A DNA stretch of 25,149 nt, taken from the NCBI GenBank assembly GCA_002794465.1, contig MTSL01000172.1:1-25149 (forward strand), read 5' to 3'. The translations under genes were made by a program, and so were the position numbers. Under the pieces are notes generated by a model that worked only from the letters and a program-made list of their open reading frames with translations, was not told the origin of the DNA and made no database searches. This document shows, one piece after another, positions 1-10,600 of this stretch. Position 1 is the stretch's first letter. Each line of letters starts with the position of its first letter. Source of the stretch: Paramicrosporidium saccamoebae KSL3 (taxonomy: Eukaryota; Fungi; Cryptomycota).

Positions 1-103
1 TTCCTCCGAGCGCTGAGCTTCCTCCGCATGCGGTGCTTTCTCTGAACACTGGGCTTTCTCAGAGCACGGAACCTCTGCGGGTTTGACTAGGTCTGGAAGC
101 AGC

Positions 104-1819
104 ATGTTGGACAGCACCCCCTGCTCGATGTTACGGATATCGGATGATGAATCACTCTCTGATGTTGCTACAGACAGTCTTCCTGCTACGACATCATTGC
201 CGTCGCTGACTGTAAAGACTCCAAAGGAGAAGCTGACCACAGTGCTCAAGGAGAGTGAGCGCCTGTTGAGAAACACCCGTCCGGAATTGGCCCAGACTAG
301 TGTCACTCGTCGATTAGATACATTTATTCAGTCTCTCAAGGAGGAGACTAAGGAAAAGCAAGTGGTCAAAGAACTGGAATCACCATGGGTGTCCCAGTTG
401 CCGGAGCATGTCCTGGCGAGGAGACCGCGCCTGTCAGCGGATAACGAACCGGGAGATAGACTGGAGATTGTCATTGGAGATGCCCAAAAGCACTTGCTCC
501 AGGCAAAATCCACAAGGATCTTAAGACAGTCAATCGCCCCCAAAGTGAAGAGAGCCAGTATTATAAAGTTGAATGAAGAGCTCGAAGTGAAAATTAAAGA
601 ACAACATGCGCTTGTGGTGGATGAGCGACAGGCAGAAAAAAGGTTGCTACAGCAAAAGTCGGCCGAAAGGGCAAACCAAGAGCGGCAAGAATCTGACGAC
701 GAATTTGGAATTTCTGAAAAAGAAGATGAAGTGGAAGCAGAGATTAATGAAAAAGTTTATCAAGAAGAAAGGGTGAATCTGGTCACTCGGCTTATTCATT
801 CAGATGATGAGGAGATTATTGCGCAGCCCGATTTTAGGATGGCAACGGCACCACCAAGAAGAAAGGTTGCGCTCTCCTCTGACGACGACGAGGAGGAGGA
901 GGAAGAGTTGCTTAATCATCTCATTGATGGCGGCTCGCCGGAAAAGGATAATAGTTTCCAGGGTCTCACTCAAATACTCTCTGGACAATTTGCTAATGAG
1001 CCAGCGGATGAACCAGCTACTGAAGAGGAACAACACACAGAGTTGGGTAGCGACCAAGAGTCTGAGACCATGAACAAGGGTACCACCGGGCTGATTGATT
1101 TCGAGGCTGAAGATGAAGATTCTGAAGTGTCTGCGGATGAAATTGACGAAGACGCAATTGCTCGAGAATTGCAAGAGTGTGCTTTTCTTGATGATGGTGC
1201 GGCCAGTGATGAGATGGATGATTCGGAACAGTTCATCCTTCACAGACAGCTGAAAGCGGAAGAAGAGGCTGCTGAAATGGAAATGTTTATGAACAGATTT
1301 GTGCCAGATGACGTTCTGAGAGAAACTGGTGCATATGCAGAATTGCGCAAAAAATACGCCGATAATGATGAAGACGGCACGGGACTGCAGGGAATGGCTG
1401 GCTCTAAATCTAAATATGGCCAGATTCGTGTACATACAGCCGATCAGGCGCAATCTCATCCAGATTTCCTGAAATTACTTGATCAGGATAGGCTATCAAC
1501 AGGATCAGAGCCAGAGACCGAGATGGATTCAGAAACAGAGTTGGAGGAATATGACGACGAATCGTGTGAAAAAATAATCCCAGATTTAGGGCATATGGAT
1601 TCCTTGCTGACAAGCTCCATGACAATCAACACGCTCACTCCAACCAGCAAAGCCAAGCGAATGTATATATCAGTTGACGATGAGGAGCTGAGGGCCAGAC
1701 TGTTGGTGAAAGAAAAGGATGATAACCAACCTGCATTGGATACCAAGCGGAACCGAACAACTTTTGAAACTGTATCTTCCCGACCAGTGATTGCCAAAGA
1801 AAAAATGGGCAAGAAATAA
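104..1819 (+). CDS. MRC1: Mrc1/Claspin-like replication checkpoint mediator (571 aa from first in-frame ATG; 5' end uncertain)
   Basis: Acidic, low-complexity ORF. The N-terminal segment LKESERLLRNTRPEL..LDTFIQSL resembles the Mrc1/Claspin DNA-binding region. The segment LIDFEAEDEDSE...FLDDGAASDEMDD...LHRQLKAEEEAAEMEMFMNRFVPDDVL resembles the MRC1-like C-terminal domain. Family recognised from memory. The ORF track starts at TTG 83; the first ATG is at 104 and the frame is open back to 17. Confidence 0.62.
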   Translation: MLDSTPCSMLRISDDESLSDVATDSLPATTSLPSLTVKTPKEKLTTVLKESERLLRNTRPELAQTSVTRRLDTFIQSLKEETKEKQVVKELESPWVSQLPEHVLARRPRLSADNEPGDRLEIVIGDAQKHLLQAKSTRILRQSIAPKVKRASIIKLNEELEVKIKEQHALVVDERQAEKRLLQQKSAERANQERQESDDEFGISEKEDEVEAEINEKVYQEERVNLVTRLIHSDDEEIIAQPDFRMATAPPRRKVALSSDDDEEEEEELLNHLIDGGSPEKDNSFQGLTQILSGQFANEPADEPATEEEQHTELGSDQESETMNKGTTGLIDFEAEDEDSEVSADEIDEDAIARELQECAFLDDGAASDEMDDSEQFILHRQLKAEEEAAEMEMFMNRFVPDDVLRETGAYAELRKKYADNDEDGTGLQGMAGSKSKYGQIRVHTADQAQSHPDFLKLLDQDRLSTGSEPETEMDSETELEEYDDESCEKIIPDLGHMDSLLTSSMTINTLTPTSKAKRMYISVDDEELRARLLVKEKDDNQPALDTKRNRTTFETVSSRPVIAKEKMGKK

Positions 1820-2040
1820 TAAAGTATTTGTTGATGCAGCTTGGTCCGTTGGATATCTATGTGAGGAATTGGGGGCCAGACTACTGGTAAAGGAGGGTAG
1901 GAGATGGTAAAGCACTTGTCAACGCAACTTGCTCCGCTGGATATATCTGCGAGGACTTGAGGGCTAGGCTTCTGGTAAAAAAGGTTGGAAATAATAAAGC
2001 ATTTTACTTGCCGATGCAACTTGCTCCGCTGAACATATCC
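1664..2040 (+). repeat. Decayed ~87-92 bp tandem repeat spanning the Mrc1 3' end, the spacer and the Mcd4 5' end
   Basis: 30-nt core at 1682, 1863 and 1951 (pairwise 23-24 of 30 identical). GCARCTTGSTCCGYTG motif at 1836, 1924 and 2016 (spacing 88 and 92). Confidence 0.85.
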
Positions 2041-4605
2041 GATGCGTCAAAGACCTCTACAGGATTACCAAAGTTGCTTGGGTCAGTTCTGAAGAACACA
2101 GTGTTGATATTGATGCTGTCAGTATCGTTATATGATATACACTTGCGACCACAAGTATCGCCAGCCAAAGTGTATGAGACAATAAAGCCAGCCCCTCAAG
2201 CAAAACGACTCGTCTTTATTGTTTCCGATGGATTGAGGCAGGACGTGGCCTACAAGAACTTTCATGATGGCGTATTAACCAATATGCCAGGTATGTTACG
2301 GAGAACACGTCGTCCCGATTCTGTTTGTCGCACATCGATGGCTGATGCGCCCACAGAGTCTAGGCCAAGTCATGTAGCCTTATTGGCGGGCTTCCCTGAA
2401 GATTTGTCCAATGTCCTCAACGGGTGGAAACGGAACGGCCAAGAGTTTGATCATTTATTGAAACGCGCCCGTCATGCCTTTGCATTTGGAGGACCGGATG
2501 TCGTCGAATTCTTTGACGGCCCCAATGTACGAATTAAGAGTTTTCCGTATGAAAGATATCACGCGGACCCAGATCCCTCCAACTTGGACCTGTGGTCCCT
2601 CAATGAATTCCGCAGTCTTCTTGATAGTGAGGGGGCAAAGGAGCGGATCGAGGGGGATGGTGTCGTTTTCTTTGTGCATCTAGCGGGTGTTGACACTAGT
2701 GGCCATAGACACGGCGCTTTGTCTCCAAATTACAGTGGAAATGCCCAATATGTAGATTCAGTGATTAGCGCCATTGAGACAGCCACTGAAAAGCGCTTTA
2801 AAGACTCACAGACGCTCTTTATCTTTACTGCTGATCATGGGTTCCCTAATGTCGGTGGACATGGCGGAGCAGACATTCATTCAAGATCCTGTCCCTTTGT
2901 GGCGTGGGGCATACCGGCACTCCAAGGAGTCGGACGCGGATGCCAGTTGCAAATACAGCAAAAGAGTATTGCGTCATTTGCGTCAGCTCTACTTGGTCTT
3001 TCGTTCCCTGCCAATAGTCTCTTGCCAGTTCCCGGGGAACTGATGAATCTACCCAAATCTGAGAGGAGTAAGATGCTGATTTCGAATGCGGGACAATTAC
3101 TAAACGAATACAACGCGTACACTTCCACATTGCATGGTCGACCATCCATGTGGTACGATCTGGTCACTTTACAGTCTGTCGCTGAATCATATTCCAGCCG
3201 ACTGACCGCTCTTGTGAAGCAAACAGATACTGACGTTGCTGAAAAGGCCGCAAGCCTCATTTCTGACATTTGCCGTTCGCGTGGACGAGCCGCTTTGTTG
3301 CGTGCTCTTTTTTCTGGATTCCCTTTTGTTTTTGGCTGCATAGGATTAGTCTTGCTCAATTACAAGGGGAAGCTTGCATCATCTACAATTGGCATAGTAC
3401 CCAAAACTAGCGCAGTATCCAAAGCTGGTATAGCCTACAAAACTGGAATATCGCCTGCAATGGTCATAGCATCCGCAGTCTCGGCTGCCGCCGCATTTGG
3501 ATGGTGGTTTTTGGCATTCCGATCATTACCGTCGTTGATGGCGTCTTTTATTGCAGCTTTCATTTGGTCCACGGCTTTCCCGACCATCCAGTTCTCCGAA
3601 TTGTGCTCTCTCTTCGTGCAATCTGCAACGATTGCTGCCGTTTTGTGGAGTCCATGGATGTTGCCCATCTTGACAGTGTTGATACTGTTTCAGAAAAACG
3701 CTACCAAGGCTCTTATATACAAGAGACTTGCTCTGGGGGTACTCTTGTCTATTGCTACATTGACAAAGTATCAGTCGCTACGCCATATTGTTGCAGTCGT
3801 GGGGACCTTTTCCTGCGCTTATGGAATCTTGGACATGCTGGGTGGTTCATTGTCGGGGCTTGAACATACCATAGTCCGTGTCTTGACAGTCGAGTTGGGA
3901 GTTCTTCTAAAGGTTCTGTTGGCATCCAGAATGATCTGGCCCGCAGCTGCAACTCCCTTGGCATTCCTCAGCTATGTAATTATTGTGGGGACCGTGACTG
4001 TAGCTTGTGGTGCGCTCCACAGACGGGGCAATCTCGCCGCCATGTCGTCAGTCTTGTGTGCTGGTCTTGCCCTGGCCACGTTAATACTGATGGTTGATCC
4101 AGTGCTGATCTTCTCCATGTGTGCGGTATTAGTGTACACGGCTACGCTGGTCTGGGACAGTACGGTCGTTTATGAGACAATTGGTAATGGCGCGGAGAAG
4201 CCTCGTTTTCCATTATTGCTTTTGCTACTCATACTGACAATTGGCCCAGGTGGCTTGTCCTTTGCCACATCTAATGATCAGTACACTGCCGGTCCTCTCC
4301 TATCCATCCTTAAAGCACCACGGCAGAGTCAAATCCTGTTCACAGCTGTGCCTGGGATCCTCTTCTTTGTCACTTTGATCAAAAGAATCCATCAAAGTCG
4401 GGCCGCGGACATTTTTGATTCGCTAATTGAGCTGGCCATGTTAATTTCTGGGCCAACTACCGCCATTATGATGGCTTGCTTGCCGTATGCTGAAAGCTGG
4501 CTTGAAATTGGCACTGGGATCGGCAAGATTTACCTTGCTGCACTTTTTCCTCTAATTCCTTGTATCTGTTCCGGGTTGCTTGCCACGATTTTAAAGAATA
4601 AATAA
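2014..4605 (+). CDS. MCD4: GPI ethanolamine-phosphate transferase 1 (Mcd4/PIGN), 863 aa from ATG 2014
   Basis: Alkaline-phosphatase-superfamily motifs in Mcd4 order: AKRLVFIVSDGLR, PTESRPSHVALLAGFPED, FFVHLAGVDTSGH, FIFTADHG, GGHG, PFVAWG. There is an N-terminal hydrophobic anchor (TVLILMLSVSLYDI) and a multi-TM C-terminal half. The ORF-track start at 1957 is TTG; the first in-frame ATG is 2014. Confidence 0.88.
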   Translation: MQLAPLNISDASKTSTGLPKLLGSVLKNTVLILMLSVSLYDIHLRPQVSPAKVYETIKPAPQAKRLVFIVSDGLRQDVAYKNFHDGVLTNMPGMLRRTRRPDSVCRTSMADAPTESRPSHVALLAGFPEDLSNVLNGWKRNGQEFDHLLKRARHAFAFGGPDVVEFFDGPNVRIKSFPYERYHADPDPSNLDLWSLNEFRSLLDSEGAKERIEGDGVVFFVHLAGVDTSGHRHGALSPNYSGNAQYVDSVISAIETATEKRFKDSQTLFIFTADHGFPNVGGHGGADIHSRSCPFVAWGIPALQGVGRGCQLQIQQKSIASFASALLGLSFPANSLLPVPGELMNLPKSERSKMLISNAGQLLNEYNAYTSTLHGRPSMWYDLVTLQSVAESYSSRLTALVKQTDTDVAEKAASLISDICRSRGRAALLRALFSGFPFVFGCIGLVLLNYKGKLASSTIGIVPKTSAVSKAGIAYKTGISPAMVIASAVSAAAAFGWWFLAFRSLPSLMASFIAAFIWSTAFPTIQFSELCSLFVQSATIAAVLWSPWMLPILTVLILFQKNATKALIYKRLALGVLLSIATLTKYQSLRHIVAVVGTFSCAYGILDMLGGSLSGLEHTIVRVLTVELGVLLKVLLASRMIWPAAATPLAFLSYVIIVGTVTVACGALHRRGNLAAMSSVLCAGLALATLILMVDPVLIFSMCAVLVYTATLVWDSTVVYETIGNGAEKPRFPLLLLLLILTIGPGGLSFATSNDQYTAGPLLSILKAPRQSQILFTAVPGILFFVTLIKRIHQSRAADIFDSLIELAMLISGPTTAIMMACLPYAESWLEIGTGIGKIYLAALFPLIPCICSGLLATILKNK

Positions 4606-4677
4606 TGTTTTTAAGTGGATCCTTGGCCCTGGACTGGCAATCGTTGAAATACTGCTTGGAGGCCGTAGTTACGACAT

Positions 4678-7600
4678 ATGAAGGTTAAGAAGCAGCCTAG
4701 TAAAAAGCTGCAGCCTGCGGTATCCTTTGCTAATATTTTATAATATTCGGTAGCCTTTAGAAGTCACGACGTTTGCCGAAAAAGCGCTATCTACAGATGA
4801 CAAAGACCTTGCGAGCTTGTTATCAGTGCATTGTGGAGAACGGTGGACATTTCCCAAAAGTGACCTGTTCCACTGGGTGCCCCTTCTAGACCGGTTTGAC
4901 GAATCGCTGGCGCGGGTAATTGAAGCACACTGGGATAAGGAAACGCATCTGCAATCGTCGGCTCTGAATGAAAGCCAGAGTCTTTTGGTGAATATACTAG
5001 TCTTCACGCGGTTGCTGTTGGAGAATTGTTCTAGTCGGAACATTTTCTGTTCTTATGATAGATTAAAGAGACTGCTGGTGACGGACGATATGGAAGTGCT
5101 AGAAAAGGTTTTAGAATTATTGCTCATTCCAGCCCGTAAGCTCGACTCACAGACCAGTTTACGAAATACGTTTGAGAGAGAAATTGGGACCGACGAGTTG
5201 GCCATCCTCGCTCAGCTGGCTCTGCCGTTTATCCCAGAAATGGGCGAGCTCGAGGAAGCTAAATTTGCTTTACGGTTCAGGGAGTATCATGCGCAACGCC
5301 TCCCCTCCTTGATGGCCAGTAGTTCCGATCTTGTGCAGTACATTAAAATGTTGTCAACTGCCATATTTCTCATGGCACAGCCCGAGGGATCTGTGGATTC
5401 TGCCTTTTTTGCCATGTCGCCCACTCTTGTTGCCGACACTGCAAAGATGCTCACTCCCGTTCCCCGGGGATTGATGAAGATGGAGTTGGCCGCGTTATCG
5501 ATTCTTCGCAGTTGTCTCAAGAGCTCCAGCCGATGGAATGAGATTATGTTGGCTCTGAACATTTCTGCCGGCCATGGTCCTGTCGCATCGATATTCCGGA
5601 TGATTGTAGATTCTATTGTTGCCGGTCTGGACGTTTTGCCGTATCCCACAATGTTCACCTATGCATTCATGGACTTTGTCAGTGTCCTTGTCACGCAGGT
5701 GGATTTAGACGAGTCGTTTTCCAATTCTGGATTTGTCTCGGATGCTGTCCGTGCGATTGACGCAGTTCATCCCCGCTACTACAAGGTTTTGGAAAAGACG
5801 TTGTATATTTTGGATGCCTTGGTACACCACTACTCCACCGCCTTGGATGCGTTTTTCATATACAACGGAATCTTTGCAGTAGTCAAGCAAATAACCTCTT
5901 TTGTCGATGCAAGCATTGCCGCCTTGGATCGGGAGCCAGATCAGCCCCCGCTTCCCCATGCCGAGGCTATCCTCCTGCAGTGTCTTTTGCGATTTGTCGA
6001 CAAGATGCTGAATAGTAATGGCGCCGATGACCGTCTTCGCAATCTCTTGGAGGGGCCGTTGTTTAAAGGGCTTCGAGCCATTTTTGAACGGGCTGATAGT
6101 TTCAGTGTGGAAACCATCTCCCACTCGGTCAGCATCACTGCTAGCTTTATCCACAACGAGCCCACGGGACTCGGAGTCTTGCAAGAAATTGGAACCCCCC
6201 AGGCTCTCTTGCAGGCCATCAAGAAAAGGATTCCAACAAGTTCGGAATTACTCGCCAAGATCCCGTATGCCTTTTCTGCAGTCTGTTTGAATAGTAATGG
6301 TACGGAAAACTTTGCCGCTACTGATCCGGTCGAGACGCTTTGCAATGCGTTTTTGGATCTGGACCTGCTAAAGCTGCTGCGAAGTAGATCCACCGCTAGT
6401 AGTTTGGGAACTGCCATGGACGAGTTTATCCGACATCATCCACAATTTCGTCCCATGGTGATTGCCGACATTGTAAAGGCCCTCCGTCGTGTCCCAGCTG
6501 TGGTGGCAGAGCTTGCAGCTGATCCTGTAAATGTGGACCTATTTTCAGGATGTCAGCTATCTGTAGTTGACAAGAGTGCTCCAGAGAAGCGAGTCGAGCC
6601 AGTACTGTCGCAAATATTAGAGACCTTTTCCTCATTCATTGAGGGAGTGGTGCAGACTCCTTCGCACGCTCGGGAATTTATCGATGCGGACGGTGTAAAT
6701 GCCATGATGGAAGTGTTCTATGCACCAGGAATATCGTTTGATTTTACCGTCTACAACGAGTCGCTTTCGATTTCACACATGCTGCGAGTCCTCAGCGACC
6801 TGGATGGTGATCATGTAATAGCGTCAGTCCTGCGACATTGGGTGAAGCGCGCACCAGAGATGGAAGAAATCTTGTCTGATGTCACACCCCACTCTTACTT
6901 TTCACAAGTTCTTGAATCCCTCGACTCTCCGGTGATTGACTCGGCAAATAAGCATTTCCAATTGCTGACATCAACATTGGCCGTTATTGGACTTCTCCGG
7001 GATTTATATGTTACTCATGCATACACTTTTGCTCGAGTTGGAGGATCGCTGATCAAGGGATTTGCCTCGATTGAGGGCGAGGCGGCTGTTGTCCTTCTTG
7101 CTATCTTGTTAAAAGTGTCCAGTTGGGAGTTGGGCCATTTGTTCCAATCCTTGGATGAATCCCACGCAGCAGGAGTCTTGCTGAAGGCAAAGACTGACTT
7201 TAAGGCTCCAGTGTTTGCTACCTTTTCTGGTGCACTTGCCCAGCTGTCTCCAGGTAGAAAATTGTTGCATTTGAGCGACGAGGAGCTGAAGAGCCTAGCA
7301 CCGGAATCTAGTGCACGCGTCAAAAATGTCCTCATAGTGTCGTTCACACTACAGCGCATCATGACAAACATTTCAGCCATCTTTGGCGGTCTCTCCAAAA
7401 TGCTGGCTTCTCGAAGTGCGGGTGATGAATTGCATGCCAAGCTGTGCGATCATGTTGCAAATTGTGCAATCAACGCCCTCACATGGCTTAATACGGATGG
7501 GAAGACTGTATCTATAGATTTGCGCTCGTTCTTGTTCACCCATGTTATGCAGTTCCTTCCTGTCATCTTTTTTGATGATGGTGCTAATCGAAGCACGCTA

Positions 7601-10600
7601 ATGGAGCCGGTGGTGACGTCCTTTATCAAGTTGGGCGGAATGAAAGACTTGACGAGTGCTGTAAAGGACTTTTTACTATCAGCCTCCATTGAGAACATTA
7701 CTCCGGACTATATAATGGCGGTCAAGGAGGCGCTCAACTTGTTCGCGAGAATGGTTGATCCGAATCTCAAGGCCACTGGAGCTCGTGACGAGCACGATGC
7801 ACTGCGAGAAATGGTTGCACTGTTTTGTTACGAATTCCCGTCCCTGTCAAAAGAGTTTCGCACCGCTCTGGGTGGTCCAGTCTTGTCACTAGTTCTCACC
7901 TGTTACTCCAGCCTTATTCAGCTTAACCCTGCTGAGGACTCTCAGTCTCGAGGCCAGACACTAAAGGACTTTAGGAGCAATGTCAAGAACAACTTTGGGA
8001 TGATTGCACAAGAATTTCTTGAATGTTCCCCTGACACTGTTGTTGAAGTTGCAACCTTGATGAAGACTTGTGTGAAAACTGAGATGGGTCTTGCGCGGGC
8101 CGAATCTGCGGCAAGTAGTACTGAAGTGAAACCGGTGAGAGACGATGACACTGTGAATTCCGTACAAAGTCCAAGTTCAAACCCTGTAAGTCTTCAGACT
8201 GAGTCAGAGACATTCCATAGTAGGGTTGAGCCTATCTATTCGTGGGTGCTTTCTGCAGACTGTCCCCTTTCGTTAGACACCCGTCTTTGTCTCCTCGCAG
8301 GGTCAGCTAATTGCAGTGCACGTAAATTTATGTATCCTCTGCTGGTGGACGCTCTTCCGTCATTTTTGAATGCATTCCAACTTGCAAGCACGACGCAAAA
8401 CTCAAAGGCTATGGCGGGAGGATTGTTACTGCTGGCCGAGATTGTGTTCATGTCCACGGTCCCGCTCGTGGAGGAAGAGACGATCCATGGGAAAAAGATT
8501 GATCCTGCAATGATTTCTCAACTCGTAAAGCTGGCTCTTGATTGCATCTCCTCTGACAGGGTTGACTTGGACATTGACCTCAGCTCCCTGTATCTCCTCG
8601 CCTCCCTCACTAGAGTCGAGGAGGCCTCCAAGTCTATTGATGTGGCGACACTGATCCCTGCCCTGATTAGACGGGCTGTCGAATGTTTGCAAAGCAGGGA
8701 CCGTCGCTATCGGTCCATGGCCACCCTTTCAGTGCTAATTTTGCGACATTTGATTGAAACATTGGCATATCTGTCCATCTTGATTGATGTGGAAGTTTCG
8801 TCCATCAATCTTCCGTTTGGAAATCGAGCCAAAGTGAACACTTTTTTGTCTACGGGAAATTTGGAATTTTGCGCATGTCGTGACTTTGAATCGTTCAGGG
8901 TTGCCATTGCAAAGCATTACAAACTTTATTGGGATGACCCAAACTGGCAAGATCAATCTGATTTAACTTTTGCCTCTCGAAAACTGTTTGCAACCTCGGA
9001 GGAACCAAAACCTTCCAGCCCTTCCCAGGAGGATTTGAAAAATGCAGAGCTATCGCCAAAGGCGTCGTTAATCATTGAGACTTTGATGGGCGAGCTGATG
9101 AAGATGAACACTTTTCCCCCCTCAGAAAGCGCCGAGGCCAACGAAAAGGCCGAGACTGATGAAGCGGTGGTGATGGCCCATTTCAAGCGCTGCTCAATCT
9201 TGGTCTCAATAGTTGAACTCGTCCATTCATATCCAGTCTGCCGCGAGGCCTTACTATCTGCCTCAAACTTGTCTGATTTCATGGCCTTTTTGTTTGACAA
9301 GATGACACCCAGTGGAGAGCTTGCCGGTTCCCTGGGCTCAAGAGTCTTTGTCAACGAATCCATGTGGGTGAGCCATCTCTTGGATGAGATTTGCATGGGT
9401 CCTCAGCAAGCTTCAGTCCCCGACCGATTAACTGTTCTACCAGAGCGGGTGAAGCTTGTTGTTGACTCTCTCGGATCGTCTCTGGTAAGATTTACGGCCG
9501 ATTGTGGCTCGTCCATTGATACTTATTCCAAAATGTCACGGGCATGGTGTCTAATCATGACTGTGTTTGTGCTGATCAGCGTCAAGTCAAGTTCCACATC
9601 AACGAGAATGCAGAGCCCTGTGCAGGCTGCCGTCACTGCTAGGATGCTTGAGAAGGGATTTGTTGCCCATTTAACCACCATCTTGAAGAATATTGATCGG
9701 AAAGCGCCAATGGCACCAATGGTGGCCGCCAAGATTATCTTTTCACTGGAAATTCTTGCTCGTCTCGGTAACAAGTTGAATAATATTGCCTCGGGTGGCT
9801 CCGTCAACATGCTGCTTGAAGGGGAAGGGGACTTTAGTGAAGACGACGACATGTCCGATGGATTGTCGGACGAAATGGATGATGACATGGATGATGATAT
9901 GTCTGATGACATGGACGATGAGATGGATGATGGAATGGACGACGATTCAGAGAGCGACGACATGATGTCGGTTGATGATATGAGTGCCGATGACATGGAC
10001 ATTACAGACTATTCTGATGATGATGATGACGAGAGTGAGGATAGCGACATGATGTACTCGGATATTGACGATGAAGGCTACCGTGTCATTGTCCAACCTC
10101 CAGTGGGTCGTTCTGGTCCGGCCGCCGATGCCGCTTCGTCAGGATTCCATGTTATCCCAATGGACAATTTTGCCGGTAGTGGGGAGATGATTCGGAGTGC
10201 CTTTAGAACCGATCCATTTGGCATGGAGGATACTATTGATAGTCGCCGTTTCCATGAAGACCAGGATGAGGAAGACGAAGACGGAGATGGCGAATATCTT
10301 AGTGAAGAATCCATGGATGAGGATGGTTTCAGTGTGGAGGAAGATGAATTTGACGAAGATGGCCAGTTCTATAATGACAATCTCGTCATGTCCCTCCGTC
10401 CTCGTGGCGCCTTTGCCCGTCGAAATATTCCTGGCCGGCTCATTGATTCTGAAGTGCGGACTTTTGCTTCTCAGACTAGAGAAGTTGACGTGTTCCTTCA
10501 TCCGCTCATCGGTGGGCACGTTGAAAATGTCCCAAGAACGTTTGGATTCGACGTCGGCAGACTTCCGGGCGGACCGCAGGCGTCCCAACAGGCAACCAAG

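Noticed and set aside
33-90. Upstream micro-exon (ATG 28) with a 58-nt intron into Mrc1
   Set aside because: Weak donor, and the length is far outside the 28-34 nt range.
1772-1799. 28-nt intron (GTATCT...CCAAAG) that would splice Mrc1 in frame into the second repeat copy
   Set aside because: The size and frame fit, but the acceptor is AAG while all ten supported introns end in TAG. It is not called without RNA evidence.
4739-4750. ATAATATTCGG in TOM1 intron 1 is the reverse complement of part of the 13-bp array downstream of the same gene
   Set aside because: An 11-nt AT-rich match to a degenerate array is plausible by chance.
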